A stretch of 64,000 nt of DNA from Lingula anatina (Eukaryota; Animalia; Brachiopoda). The position numbers were made by a program, and so were the translations under genes. How positions within the stretch are numbered: position 1 is the first letter of the stretch; each line of letters opens with the position of its first letter. The notes below the pieces were generated by a model, which saw only the letters and a program-made list of their open reading frames with translations, was not told the origin of the DNA and made no database searches. Positions 38,398 to 64,000 of this stretch are shown in pieces. The stretch is from contig CM120645.1 of assembly GCA_051362555.1 (NCBI GenBank), positions 5,642,001 to 5,706,000 on the forward strand, read 5' to 3'.

Positions 38398-40055
38398 TCA
38401 TAAGTAAATGCATTAATACCCCAAGCAAAGGGGTCTGCCTGCCATGAACAATATCTTTCAACTTGCGCATTTAATCTAGAGGCAAAAAGATCAATAAATG
38501 GATTTCCAAATTTTTCACATATCTTTTGAAATACATTCTCATTCAACTTCCATTCTAAACGTTCATTAAACTTCCTAGAAGCATCATCAGCATCTACATT
38601 ATCTTTCCCTGGCACATGGACACAGGTGAGCCAAACATTTTTTTCGATACACCAATGCCAAATCTTTTTTGCTATGTTATTGCAATCATAAGATTTAATT
38701 CCACCCATATTCTGAATATAGTCACATGCTGTAATATTATCACTCATGATCTTTACATGTTTATTTTCAAATCTAAATGTAAAAGACTGCAATGCATATA
38801 ATATTGCTAGTAACTCTAAAGCATTTATATGAAGGTAAGCTTCTTCTGGAAACCATCTACCACCAATTTTTTGACCCTCCAAATGAGCACCCCAGCCTAA
38901 TTTGGATGCATCAGTATACAATATAATGTCAACATTTCCTTTGTCAATTTTCCTTCTTTGCAAATGGACATTTTCCATCCACCATTGTAATTCTTGCTTC
39001 ATACTAATTGTAATGTGCATCATAGCATCATAATTTCCATTGTTGCTTTTTAAAGCACTTATCTTCTGCTTTTCAAGTTCTCTATAATGGAGTTTACCAT
39101 ATTCAACAGCTGAGAATGTTGAAACTATAATTCCAATCACTTTAGCTACTAGTCTTACTTTTGCTTCTGTTTTAATGATAAGCATTTTACACTGCTGTAC
39201 AATGTGATCCATTTTATCTTTAGGTAAAGTCACCGTCATACTTTCAGAATCAATTATATTTCCCAAAAACAACAATGATTGTTGGGGAATAAGGACAGAC
39301 TTTTCTGCATTGATTATAAAACCAAGTGTTTCCATTAGATGTTTTGTGCATCTTATATTTTCAACACATTCAAGGTAATTATCTGAACACAATAAACTGT
39401 CATCAATAAATCCTGAACTAGAATGGCCAAGACTTCTCAATTTTGCATATACAGGCTTTAATAATTTCGTAAATATTTTGGGCCCTTCAGAAACGCCATT
39501 TGCAAGGCATGTGTATTGATAGATATTTCCTTCCCAAACAAAACGAAAAAGAATTTGCTGTTCTTCTGCTATTTTCACACTATAATATGCATGCTTTATA
39601 TCAATTGATGCTAGGAAGCATCCTTTTGTCACTAAGGTCAATGCCTTTTCAAAAGTATCCATTTTAAAATGTTCATAGGGAATGTGTTGATTCAGCTTCT
39701 TAAGATTTAATATCATTCTGTATTCTCCATTCTTTTTAGGGCGTACAAAAATAGGAGATAAAAACTGCCCCGGTACACTTTGAACTTTCTTAATAACACC
39801 AAGATCAAGTAGTTTAGAAATTTCTTTCCTGATTATAATTGTTTCTTCTGTGTTAAACCTATATTTCACCATATCATTTAAGTTTTGAAATCCAATGTTG
39901 GTATCAACATTTATATGACAATTTTGTACTATATCCAAGATATATGGGTCACTGGTCAATTTTCTCCATTCATCTACAAACAAATGCAATCTACCAGCTT
40001 GAAATTTATGTCTCACCTCTAGTGTCTGTTCTGATCCCACTGGCTGCATTGCCAT
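37965..40055 (-). CDS. DIRS ORF2: reverse transcriptase - RNase H - Dam-like methyltransferase domain
   Basis: SPIFVRPKKNGEYRMILNLK, IDIKHAYY, FIDD, YTDASKLGWG, HINALEL, IDLFASRLN, YLFPPF; uninterrupted 696 aa. Confidence 0.95.
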   Translation of the reverse strand: MAMQPVGSEQTLEVRHKFQAGRLHLFVDEWRKLTSDPYILDIVQNCHINVDTNIGFQNLNDMVKYRFNTEETIIIRKEISKLLDLGVIKKVQSVPGQFLSPIFVRPKKNGEYRMILNLKKLNQHIPYEHFKMDTFEKALTLVTKGCFLASIDIKHAYYSVKIAEEQQILFRFVWEGNIYQYTCLANGVSEGPKIFTKLLKPVYAKLRSLGHSSSGFIDDSLLCSDNYLECVENIRCTKHLMETLGFIINAEKSVLIPQQSLLFLGNIIDSESMTVTLPKDKMDHIVQQCKMLIIKTEAKVRLVAKVIGIIVSTFSAVEYGKLHYRELEKQKISALKSNNGNYDAMMHITISMKQELQWWMENVHLQRRKIDKGNVDIILYTDASKLGWGAHLEGQKIGGRWFPEEAYLHINALELLAILYALQSFTFRFENKHVKIMSDNITACDYIQNMGGIKSYDCNNIAKKIWHWCIEKNVWLTCVHVPGKDNVDADDASRKFNERLEWKLNENVFQKICEKFGNPFIDLFASRLNAQVERYCSWQADPFAWGINAFTYDWGTLNYVYLFPPFSLLGHCIQKIRKDKARGIIVAPVWPTQIWFAKLMELLVENPIVIQKKKGLLTLPGNKLPVEHPLMDKLKLIVCKVSGNSLENEAFLSNQPTYLCHLGVQGQRNNTTCSLNAGSNTVVKGKLIQFHHMWKR

Positions 40056-41158
40056 GAGAAGTTTTTTGAATCTGCATGTGCACCCCTCTGGGAAGAACTT
40101 CCTCGGCCACGATTGTACCTTCCTCTCATGCGTCCCCTGAATCGTGGGCCCCTTTGGTATGGGCGGTTTCTATAATCCAAGCCCATTCTACTCTGCATCA
40201 TTTTATAACTCATTTTCGCAGAATCTTCCACTTCCCTTGCAGATTTGGTAATATCATCTCCAAAGAGAAAAGTTGTGCACGGAATGTTATGATTGCACAA
40301 AGGTTTGTACTCTGGCTTGAGGTTTGGTTTTAACAAATCCTTTCTAAAACAGTTAATCTGCGTATTGGCATGACCAAGCAAAGCAATACTGTCATTGAAC
40401 ATATCAATGAGTTTTCCAAGCCCTTCACTCGTGTCATTTCCTGTTTCTAACTTAGCCAGTTTGTCTATTCCTTTAGTCATCAACGTAGCTGCTTTTACAA
40501 CTGACATTTGAACATCCTGTAACTTCTTATCATTTGTTTTGGCATATTGAGGAATAATGTTCCATACCATTTTATTGGTTTTGACTATCACCAAACTTTC
40601 ACAGTTTTTTGGCCGTGAGTTATTTTCATCTTTGGTAAGTTCTGTATACTTTGAATGATCCACTATCCCATTGGTGAACAAATCATTGACACTACTCGCC
40701 AACACACTGTCAACTTCCACGTCTGTATACTCTATTAATTTATATCTCTTCGTCATATCATCAAATCTGTTTGTGCTACTAGTACCTGCCTCCGGGCACG
40801 TTTCATCCTCCAATCTTTCATCATACTGTTCATCAAATTCATAATTCTCCTCACAATATTCATCGTGATACAGGTACTGTTTCTCTAAAGTATCTATGCG
40901 TCCCACGACGCTGTTAATTTTGGTTTCCTGTCTCTGCACAGTTTCTTGTATATTTTCCATTATAGTTAAATATTCATCACTGTTATGACTAGATTTTGCT
41001 TTGTCGTCTAGTTTCCCCTTTCCTGTTCTGGTTTTTACATTCTTTGCTTTAACGTCCTCGCTATTCTTACATGTATCTATTGCGGGTTTTGAAAGGCCCG
41101 GTAAAACAGCACTACACGTGCTTTCGGCCGCCATATTGAAATTAAGTTTGGCACGCAA
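40019..41158 (-). CDS. DIRS ORF1 (gag-like)
   Basis: Open 379 aa (likely start MAAES), coiled-coil segment, RPKNC, FLFGDD, RG-rich tail; overlaps ORF2 by 37 bp. Confidence 0.85.
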   Translation of the reverse strand: MRAKLNFNMAAESTCSAVLPGLSKPAIDTCKNSEDVKAKNVKTRTGKGKLDDKAKSSHNSDEYLTIMENIQETVQRQETKINSVVGRIDTLEKQYLYHDEYCEENYEFDEQYDERLEDETCPEAGTSSTNRFDDMTKRYKLIEYTDVEVDSVLASSVNDLFTNGIVDHSKYTELTKDENNSRPKNCESLVIVKTNKMVWNIIPQYAKTNDKKLQDVQMSVVKAATLMTKGIDKLAKLETGNDTSEGLGKLIDMFNDSIALLGHANTQINCFRKDLLKPNLKPEYKPLCNHNIPCTTFLFGDDITKSAREVEDSAKMSYKMMQSRMGLDYRNRPYQRGPRFRGRMRGRYNRGRGSSSQRGAHADSKNFSWQCSQWDQNRH

Positions 41159-41602
41159 ATGATTCGTAGCCTACAATGTGTAACTACGTTATAGATCAAT
41201 ATATATGCCGCATAAAAGATTGCAACTCCGTTGCAAAAATGTTTCCAACTGAAGCAAACAAACTACGTTTGTTTTAGATTATAATTCTGATAGAAATAGA
41301 TCGCATCTATTTTCAGGCTGACTACCCAGCCGCATGTCACAAGCTAACTGAGTACGCATGCGCAAGCATATCTCATTTAAGACTGACCGATATTTTTATA
41401 CGAAATAGAATCTATATGTGACACAAGACATTTAGTCAGCTTTTAAATGTATTCACGTGATACAGGCATTTTCACCCGAAGATAAACATAGATCCATTTT
41501 CCATGTTTGTTTCATGAGAAAATATCTCAGGCAAAGATGGCTCTTTGTTCATTTTATATACACTTGTCAAGTAGTTCTTTTGTTGTTAAGGGTTTGTGTA
41601 TT

Positions 41603-54445
<12,843 letters not shown>

Positions 54446-54482
54446 TGTGTATGTTTTCTTCTTTGATCAACGTGATCGTAAA

Positions 54483-54492
54483 GCGCGGGAAA
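54483..54492 (-). promoter_or_regulatory. E2F site upstream of the MCM2 start codon
   Basis: TTTCCCGCGC on the minus strand about 38 bp from the ATG; MCM genes are established E2F targets. Confidence 0.7.
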
Positions 54493-55162
54493 GGGAGGTC
54501 AAATATGGGGTCAATTTCTGGATAGTGCAGGCTAATAATATAGGTCTCGGGTATTGTATTAAAAAATTAGAGTGAGCAGTTGGAAATCGGAGACGATAAG
54601 CCGGAATATCAATGCTAACGTGTCGAAATTTAATACCATATATATTATCAAGTGTTAATGTCTTGAAATAACGGTTAAGTGTCTCCCGCCACTATGAGGG
54701 CCGTTTTACCACGGCCTTCACGGTATTGATGCGCGAGCTATTGATACGGTCGAAGGTTGACTGTGGCTCCGCTCGTGTAAAGATTTTTGTTACTTAAATT
54801 AGAATTTTTACCCCTTATTCTTGTAAAAAATATTCATTGGTTTTAGAAATTTATTCCAGTGAGTTTTGATGTTACGTGCAATTTGAAATTATGATAAACT
54901 GTATATTTAATTGGCACTCAGTGAGAGACAAAAGGTCCAACTCGTAGGTGACCGTTTGTATTATTATAACTTATAGTGTGACAGTGGAAGACTTTCTCCA
55001 GATAATAACCTGTGTACAGACTGGAAACGTATAATCTAACCCTCCTATTGCAAAATTTATTTTTTAAGAATTGGGTCCACGTTGTTTTGTTGCCTTTTAT
55101 TGTTTTGTCGATGCAGGGACTGCAGTTCCTGATATTACCAAAAGGGATAGAAAAAGTTTCAC

Positions 55163-55234
55163 TTCCGACGCCGGGAATCGAACCCGGGCCACCTGGGTGA
55201 GAGCCAGATATCCTAACCACTAGACCACGTCGGA
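55163..55234 (-). tRNA. tRNA-Glu (CTC)
   Basis: 72 nt: TCCGACG/CGTCGGA acceptor stem, TGGTCTAGTGG A-box, CT-CTC-AC anticodon loop, GTTCGATTCC B-box, T5 terminator at 55151-55155. Confidence 0.97.
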
Positions 55235-55599
55235 TAGTTGAAAAGGGTGGCCGATTTTAGTAATATAAACAAAACTTATATAAATGATCAAAATGAGGGT
55301 TAATAGTTCTTATAAAATTAAAAGTTGGTTTGATAGAAATTTAAAAATATTTATATATCTTGCATAGTCATTTTTATGCGAAAGCAAATTCAGGTGTCGT
55401 ACGCTGGATCACACTTTTTACGGCAGTAATAACGACATTCATTATCATTGTAAAACAATTATTCCTGCTTCCTTAGAAAAAAAACAAATGCAGATTTTTG
55501 TAATCATTTATTTTTGTAGTTTCAAAAAGAGCCTGAGTGAAACTGTATATATATATATATATATATAAGTTGGAACACTGGTCTTAGTGGGTCATTTCA

Positions 55600-55650
55600 G
55601 ATGACATCCGGGTATTTTTAAATCATGGCCGCCATCACTGTAGGGTGAGT
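55600..55650 (+). promoter_or_regulatory. Probable HUWE1 core promoter / first non-coding exon
   Basis: ETS-like ACATCCGG, YY1-like AATCATGGCCGCC and a strong donor AGG|GTGAGT at 55644/55645; a plausible partner acceptor is at 58463 just before the start exon. Confidence 0.55.
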
Positions 55651-58512
55651 CTTTCTTTGAACAATTTTCTTCTTTTAAAAGATGCCAATGAAAAAGGACA
55701 TTGGTGACTTACTGCGTGACTGAGAAATCCTAAAATTGTATGAGAGGACATAAGTTTAGCAACTCTGTATGGTTTTCCACAAGGGTAAAGTCTTTCTATT
55801 TTTGCCTGGCGTTCCCCGCCATGATGAATGAAATTTGCTCTCACGTGTGATATTGAGGCAGAGCACAGAATAAAAATGGAATTTTCGCATTTTGTGTGCA
55901 CGTCAGTAAGTGGGGGCTTAAATTAATATTCTGAGTACTGCGTACAGGTTTGCTGACGGAAATAGACTATTGTGTTGTGCTCTATTCTCAACAATATGTT
56001 GTACAGTTTGCTTTCTCATTTTGCTAAATTGGAAACCCCCTTTTTTTCCAAATGCTTATCAAACACGTAACACGGGGTCATTTTCTGAATTTCAACAATC
56101 AAAATTCTTACACTTACGCTTTGAGGGATTGGCATAATTCTGCAAAATCTGTTTAATTAGTGAATTTCGTTGAGAACATTCCAGTAAGCATGCTCACAAG
56201 TTGTAGCCTTTTGTAGTAAAAATTCTCTTTTCTGCTCTTAAATATGACCATTTCATCTGCATTTACACACCCACTGGTCCCCGCAAAATAAGTCATTAGT
56301 TGGATGCCTCTTGAAGAACCCTACTGAAATTGGACTGAGTGTCATTATAAAACAAGACACTTTTACTTCTTTAGCACTGCTTGAATGATGAGATTAAACT
56401 GGTTGAAGCAGGAAATTTGTACGAATGGTGAAAAATATTCATAGATATAAATTGAAGGGCAAATTGTGTGCATTGTCAGTGGTTGACCTCTTCCTCTTTG
56501 TTACATTTTGTAATGTTGAAACACTTGAAATCCTCTGGTGGCATTTTGATGCCAATAGTTTGACATAAGTACTCACTTAAAATGCAAATTTAAAACAAAT
56601 GCTTTGTGTAATTCTCGAATTTTTGGTTTTAAATAATTTCTGGCATGATTAAGATCATGTCAAGTTTGCAGATTTTTTAACAAACTTTGGTATAACTTAA
56701 GAATCCCCCCCCCTCCCCCAGTGTCGCACTTACTTCCACTCATTTGGTCATTCTATAAATATATGAGGCACTAGTTTTACAGGTATTTTTATGGGAAAAA
56801 ATTGAATCCCATTGTTTTGTTCCAATTCTAATTGCAACTTAAAAATAACTTGCTTTTTAACAAGTCATGATTCATTTGAGCTGACATACTGCCTGACAAT
56901 TTAGAAGATAATATCAACATCAAGTTGTTTTCTTGGAGGGATTATCATTTTTAAGGCCTGAATTGGGTAAAATAAATTTAGTAGCTTTGTAGAAGATGAT
57001 GCCATGGAAGTATGATGTATAGTCTCTTTAAATGCGTATAATATGCTTTTAAAAGCATGATTAGACAACATTTCCACATGATATATTTTCAGTTATGAGT
57101 TTCATGTACAAATAAGAGTGTAAGGATAATTTGCTGCTAATACTCAGAGGTTGATCTATAATTGTTATCTGGATTAGTCAGTATTTGCTTTTAATAAGTA
57201 AAGATTTGGGCCAGCAATGTTAACACTGTTTACAAATAGAAGTCATTTGTTCTTGATGAATTTATCAAATTATTTAGTGTTGCTTTGAAGGCAAGACATA
57301 AAAAGACTACTGATGTAAGATGTATTTTTTTATCTGTGACCTTTGCCACTAACTGTTTGAATGCTGCTGGTTGTTGCAGTTCATTCAAAGGAGCTAATTT
57401 TAGCTAAACAGTAACAGCTGGTCTTTTTTTTTCTCTACAACAATGCACTGTTTAAATCATAGTTATTTTTTGTCTGACATAATAAATTTAGCTCCAGAAA
57501 TAGCTTTGCCTACACAACAGTATTGTGTAATGGCCCTGATATAGCAACAATATCATAAAGATGTGTGAAAGGCTGCTTGCTGTGAGGCTGCAGTGAACCT
57601 CACCAAGTTTTCAAATATTGGTAACCTTCTGGACTGTTGGTGGTGTTTGAAGTGGTGTTGTTTAAGCTGATATTCCACTTTGATGCGACCACTCTAATTT
57701 TGAATAAGTGTATGGGAGTTCAGTGGTCTTGTAAGAAGATTACACCGAAAGAGAGTCATTGTCTGGATACTTATATTAATTTATAAAGGTCTACATATTT
57801 TCCAGTGATAAAATTCAGTAGTCAAACCTAAATCTTTTAGTTAGAAATGAAGGCAATTTATTATTTTTGTGATGAGAATTAATAAATAATTAATTTAATT
57901 TTGAGGATACCAAAGTAATCTAGGAGAATCTGCATCTGAGTATCATTATAAAAATAATTTTTTTCACATTTATAACAAAATGTCTTAGGGTTGCCAAGTA
58001 ATAAGTACTGTAGGTAAGTATATAGGATAGGCAGGTGTTTTAGAGACAGGATCAGGTACTCCAACAACAAAAAATTAACAGATCAATGATGACTCATAAA
58101 AGTACTAGTACCAGCTAAGTGAAAATTGGTCAATAATGAAATCTCATTAGTAGTCTTCAAAATGATTTGTGACAAAAGATTAACTGTACATTACCTTGGA
58201 TTAATTGAACATGGGCAAATATTAAGTAATGCATTTGGTCATTAACCTTGGGAATTTTGAGCACAAATGTGGAATTTATTATATTGGTTTTTTAACATTT
58301 TGATCAACAGTTGACCATGTCTGATGATTTTTTAATATTTTTTTATTCTTTTTTTATTTTTTATTTTTTTTAATTGCATGAAGTCAGTCTTACCTGAAAT
58401 TCAAAAGATGAATTGTGCCACAGGCTGACAGATTTGTTTATTAAATATATTGTGTATTTTCAGTTTCCCAAAGTGAAGATTATATTGAAGTTCAAGATGA
58501 TATGAAATCAAG

Positions 58513-61500
58513 ATGAAAATAGATAGAACAAAACTCAAAAAAGGCAACTCAGAGTTGGTGAGTACAAAAATTATGTATTATCTTTAATGCTTCAAAAGAA
58601 AAAAATTGAAGTAATCAGCACTAAGGAGATAGAAATGAAAATAGTTATAATTTTTTTTTTTAATATAAAAGTATTTTGTGTATTGTAAGCTGATGTTATG
58701 AACTGTTATATAGTATAAACTCACAAACAACTATTTGTTGCATACTATACACTAAAGATTTGTTATTATTTTTTCTTTTTTTAGCCGGCAGAGTGCAGAA
58801 ATCTCATAGATAAATTGAAAATTTGTGGACGCGATGGCTTGGTTACAGAGCTTCAGAAAGTGAAAACATGGACCTATGGCAAGGTAAAGAATTTCACTTA
58901 TTTTGTCTGTTAAATGTGCGAGTACAATCATGTTCACAACCAGGCACCTTGGAATTGACATTGTATAATTGACATCAGCACAACCAGGGGTGGGATTGAA
59001 TTGATTAGAATGAATCTGACCAATATTTTGTGATATGATTATTGGGATGAAGCTGTGCATCACTTCTAAATATGATTTAAATATTTATACTAATACCTAA
59101 TTGATGACAAATGAGGCAATTTATTTTACCCAAAGGATTATAGACAGCCTAAAGATAAGTATTTTTAATTTTCATTATCCAAAGGAAACTACATTTAGCA
59201 TTGAACTGTTTCTAGGGTATGATATTATATATATATGGTACTGATAACATAAATATTCAATTAATTTCAGTGTGAGTTGTTCCACTGGGCAGATGTCCTG
59301 GATGTGTTTGATGAGGTGTTGGAGAAAGCCTGCAGGAAGGAGCAGGACAAGCAGTGGGTCCTGCCATGTGACATGGAGGGGAATGAAAAGGTAATACCTT
59401 AGGATGACAATGCTTAGATGATATTCTTGATGATATTCTGTGCCCTCTTAACCAAAATCATGTCAAAGACTTAGACACTTGTTTGTTACCAGTGTTGATT
59501 GATTACCCTGTAGGTAGAGATCAATGAATAGGTAATATCGGATTTATTTGAAAATCTGGATGTTTGACCCCCTTCCCTCTCCCCAAGGCCTTTGGCACTT
59601 GCATTTTCAAGGTTTTTTAAAGGTTCACTTCGGTCTAAGAGTTGGATAAATAAAAGATATATAAATAAGTAAAATAACAATATTTAAAATGAATGAATGT
59701 ATGAGTGACTAGGTAAGTAGATAAGCATAGTAACTAAATAGTTTAAATAAAGCCAGTACATTGAGAGGGTTAGAATGTTAATCAAAAGCATACAGAGTCT
59801 TCTCAGCAGGAGCCAGACATTTTATTGCTCTTAGCTGTATTCTCTCAGGAGATGATTTTAAATACGGTATAAGGTCAAAATAGTGATGAATGTCTCCAGA
59901 GATCTTGAGCTACTTCTCCAGTGGGCAAGTACTAGGAGTCTGGAGTTTTTCAAATCCATATTAAAACCTTCACCACTGTGGTATAAGTTGAAAAAATAAT
60001 GAGATATTTGTGAAAAAATGATACATATTGATCGATTTAAAGGTCATTGTTTTTTATTGCAAAGCACTTGTACATATTGGGCAAGCAGTACTTGCTGAAC
60101 GAGGAGATTGCGAATGAGGCTGTTGTGAAATAAACTTTTTTGATGGGTCTTCAGGTGCCATATCTGCAATCTGAAAATGCTTGATCCCTCAACAAATGCC
60201 ACCCCCTTCAGTTGATAAAAGCGTGCTCTTCTCTCTTTGTAGACATGGTCATGTTATTTGTGATGTTGTTTATTGATTTTACTGTGTACGGGTCCCTATT
60301 GCCAAGTTACAGCACAAATTCTGAAAATCCCAATGGACATATAGTGCATTAGATTATTGGGCTGATTATGATAGAAGAGATGAATGGAGACGTTGAATTT
60401 TATAATGTTGAACTCAATTGGTATAGATATTAAATATATATATTTATTCATCAGATATTATTCTAAGCATTTATATGACATACCATGCTCGCCTGGATAT
60501 CTTTCAGCTAAAATAGTGGGGATGATTTTATTCAAATTTGAAAGACTGAATAAATGATCAAATTGGCAAAAAAATAAAAAAAAAATACTTTGATTTCATA
60601 CACCAAACAAATTGATTTGTATTTGCCTGATTAAAATCCACTGTTATGTATTGGACAGAAATTCACTGTGCTGAGTTGAATCCAGACATCCTGTCTGTTA
60701 TTGATATGAATGTAGGTTTGAGGCATATGTAAGTTATATGGGTAGGCAAGAGAAGAAAACATTTACTGCATGTTGAAGCAGAAAAAAATTTCGTAATACA
60801 GGAAAAGTGTTGCTATAGAAACTAAGCTTTGGCTTGAACATAAATATCATTTCCTTAGATATAAGGGCTTCAACGATGAGATGCATGTTACTGTCATCCT
60901 CATGCCATTTAAAATGTCATGCAGCTAAATGTTTTTCACGTGTAATTTTGTAAATTGAGAAATAGCCCGCAGTTCGGTGTATACAGTTACAGCCAAAAAT
61001 ATCTTGGCTGATTAAGCAATTATTTTTGTTTTTGCCCAAAGGGTAAAAATATTAAAATAATGCTAGTTATTTGTATTTTATGCAAAATAAATATTTAAAC
61101 AATTATTTGAAAAAAAATTTTCTTGTCAGACCGACTAAGACTTATTGGCAAAAGATTCTAGAGTAAAAACTTGGTGTAAGCATGATTTTTACCTGATAAA
61201 ATTGAAAATCTATTTTATTTTTATTAGTTGTTTTCAGCCTCGACGTGTCCCCTACATCTCTAGTCATAAAGCCACCAAACCATTTCTTCCCACTTCTTTG
61301 TAACAACCAAAAATCATGTCTGTTGATATCAACAAGTATTAAAAATTGCATTGTATTTTCTGTTCCAGGAGAAGGACCTGTTACTGAGCGTGTTACAGTT
61401 CACAGCCTTACTGATAGAGCATAGCTTCTCCCGTCACCTGTACAACTCCATGGAGCACCTGACCACCCTGCTGTCCTCCAGTGATATGACAGTGGTCCTT

Positions 61501-63984
61501 GGGGTCCTTAACCTGCTCTATGTCTTCAGGTAGGATGATCAGCTATGGTGATTTCATAATGTTGATAATTGCTGGAGATAAAACTGGGGGAATATGATTA
61601 GGGGATAGTTGTTTAATGTTTAATGTATGCCACTCTGTATTTGTCATTTATGAGAAGTCAGTGAGATGTGATTCTAGAGGTTGTTCTTCCTTGATATTCA
61701 GTGTTAAGTTAAGTGAGTAATTGCACTGATTGAAAAATTGCACTGCTTGCATCTAGGAAAGATATTTGAAAAATGTTTGTTTCTCTTATTTTTAGCAAGA
61801 GGTCCAACTTCATAACCCGCCTGGCTGCAGATAAAAAGCAAGCCTTGATTGTCAGGCTGACACACCTGGCAGAGGTTAGTACCATAGATCTAATTAATTC
61901 CCTTTGAGAGCTTGAAGGATGGGTGCTGTAATATATTAATGGTAGATTAAGTGGAATAGACCTTCACTGTTTTCAATCAGTGGGTTCAATTATGTGTGAG
62001 ATTTGAAATCTGCATCCACCTGTGATTGTTATTTATTTATTTTTTTAGTTATTGATATATATTTATACAAATTTTCACCTTATTGGTGTGAAAGATTTAT
62101 CTTGTGTTTAAGATTTTTGAATGGCATATTTGTCTTGAATTCCAGAGTTGGGGTGGCAAAGACAATGGTTTTGGTTTAGCGGAGTGTTGTCGTGATCTTC
62201 CAATGAGTGTGAGTATAAGAAAACACTTACCTTGTTTTAGTAATAGAAATTTAGTCTAACACTAAAGAAATGAGGTCATTTGATTTTTTTCCAATTAATT
62301 TAGACAAATAGAGTTTAGGCTAAAAATGTCAGAGTGAATATGGTTTGGATGTCAGAAATACCAATCATACTATTATCATACGCATTTGTATTTAAGTATT
62401 TTAGAAGATTGATAGTGTTAAAGCATAATGCTACTGCTACAGAATAATGTTTTCTCTTGGTGAGGAGTATGATACACAGTCATCATTGTCTTAATGGACT
62501 TCAGATGTTTTGTTATTATGTCAATAATTGTGAAAATGTATTCTTTTCCAATAACAGAGCTATCCCAGCACTGCCACCACTTTACACTTTGAGTTCTATG
62601 CTGAAGCTGCTGAAGAAAAAGCAGGAAGCAAGAAGGTATTTAGTCTAAACCAAGAGTCATGCAAATGTTAAAGTGAGAAATAAATTGCTAATCATATTGA
62701 TATAATTTAGCTGTATAGTCCTTCCAGTGCATTGTTAACCATTATTTTAAGAGGAGAAAGTTTGTTGTTACCTTCCTAAACCCACTCCAAACCCCTCCTT
62801 CACTAAAAGTGCATTGAGTGTGAAAATAATTTGTCACTTTCACATGTAAAAAATGACACATTGTCCATTTTCCATAAACAACATCTAAATCTTCTCCTTT
62901 GGAAAATGGTCTCTCTGCAGTTGATTTCATCAAATTATATCTTATAATCGTAACTTGAAAGTCTAATATATTTGAGAGAACAGTTTCATTAGTTCTGTAT
63001 GTATCAATTCAAATTATCAATTCAAAATATACCCACATATTTTACAAGCTCTTGATTAAAAAAAAATAATAATTTGAATCTGATATATTTATTATCCAGA
63101 ATACTTCTACAGTGTTGAATACTATCCACATAGAGGGTGTGGACCAGATCCAGAAACTGCCTTCCCAGATAATGGAGGACCTGCTTGCCAAATTCAATGT
63201 GCCAGAGGATAAAAAGGTACTATTATTTCATTTTGTCCTAAGCTTTAAATTGACATAGTACATAGTAAATTTTAAAGGTTACATGTATTAGCTTCCATTT
63301 ATTTCTGTTTAAATGGATCGCTGTATTTTTCCAAAAAGAATTGTAAATTTATAACATGACTTAATTATGAATTATACTAGAATATGTATCTTGTTTTCAA
63401 TGGCATTTCTTCTTTGACATTTTGATTTAATTTATGATTGAAATTAAATGTAGATGTATTTGGACAAATTTAAAGATGAACAATTATATTTCAGGTCTTG
63501 CTGTTCACCCACATCAGATTAGCCCACTCATTCTCAAGACATGACAGAAGATTGAAGTGTGTGCAAGCAAGGTTGCAGGCTATTTCTATATTAGGTAATT
63601 GTAGTTTTGCTGTCAGGAGTTGCTTGGAGTTTGTTTTACACAGTTACCAACAAATATTGTTGGACTTTCTGTACACAGTTCAGGTCAGTGTTCTTGCCCA
63701 TGGTTTTTCTCTAACCTGGTTTGGAAGTAGGATTTGATGCATACAAGAAGCATACTAGATTCAAAGTGGCCATTAAAACTATGTTTTTGGAAAGGATTTT
63801 TAATGAATTTTTCAATGAAGGTGTAGAATGTTTTTAAATATTTGACTCATCCTTCTAATTAATTGCTACTGTTTTACTTGCAGTGTATTCTAATGCCATT
63901 CAAGACAATGTCAACTCATTGCTGTACACTGGTCTAATAGAAGAACTAGTGGACATCGTGGAATTAAAGACTACTCAACTAGTG
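58513..63984 (+). CDS. HUWE1: E3 ubiquitin ligase HUWE1, N-terminal exons (partial; continues past the window)
   Basis: Exons 58513-58557, 58785-58883, 59271-59390, 61369-61529, 61796-61874, 62146-62208, 62558-62635, 63100-63216, 63495-63594, 63884-63984: [86 protein letters not shown]. Confidence 0.96.
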
Positions 63985-64000
63985 GTAAGTCATGTGAAGT

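Larger units (their letters stand above)
36606..41411 (-). mobile_element. Full-length DIRS1-like tyrosine-recombinase retrotransposon
   Basis: gag, RT-RH-MT and YR ORFs; 34-bp ITRs 36684-36717 / 41348-41381; ICR 36879-37002 complementary to both termini; terminal ATT trinucleotide at both ends (minus strand). Confidence 0.97.

Noticed and set aside
54918-55220. ORF starting MVRISGSHPGGPGSIPG
   Set aside because: Translation artefact of the tRNA-Glu gene.
59883-60100. snoRNA/miRNA in a HUWE1 intron (vertebrate HUWE1 hosts let-7f-2/mir-98)
   Set aside because: GTGATGA and a short CTCCAGA/TCTGGAG stem are present, but there is no nearby D box and no let-7 seed.

Overview
AT-rich, intron-containing animal genomic DNA; the repeat style suggests a marine invertebrate, possibly a lophotrochozoan (inference only). 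Left to right: (1) two divergently oriented paralogous 4-exon type-I membrane carboxylesterase/neuroligin-like genes (1273-8851 minus; 22029-26441 plus) that keep a Ser-Glu-His triad, separated by about 13 kb of TE debris including a Penelope-type hammerhead hairpin (a second lies in an intron of the first gene) and nested MITEs; (2) a 7-exon secreted DUF4434-like glycoside-hydrolase-fold gene (29921-35212 plus) of a mostly bacterial family, apparently lacking its catalytic glutamates; (3) a structurally complete DIRS1-like tyrosine-recombinase retrotransposon (36606-41411 minus) with perfectly matching ITR/ICR/rE repeats, starting about 190 bp after the MCM2 stop in the same orientation; (4) a complete 18-exon MCM2 gene (minus) with a 5'-truncated RTEX-like LINE in intron 1; (5) tRNA-Glu(CTC) inside the MCM2/HUWE1 head-to-head promoter region; (6) the first coding exons of HUWE1 (plus), running off the window. 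Exon models were built by hand from GT/AG sites, phase arithmetic and remembered family motifs; no database searches were run.
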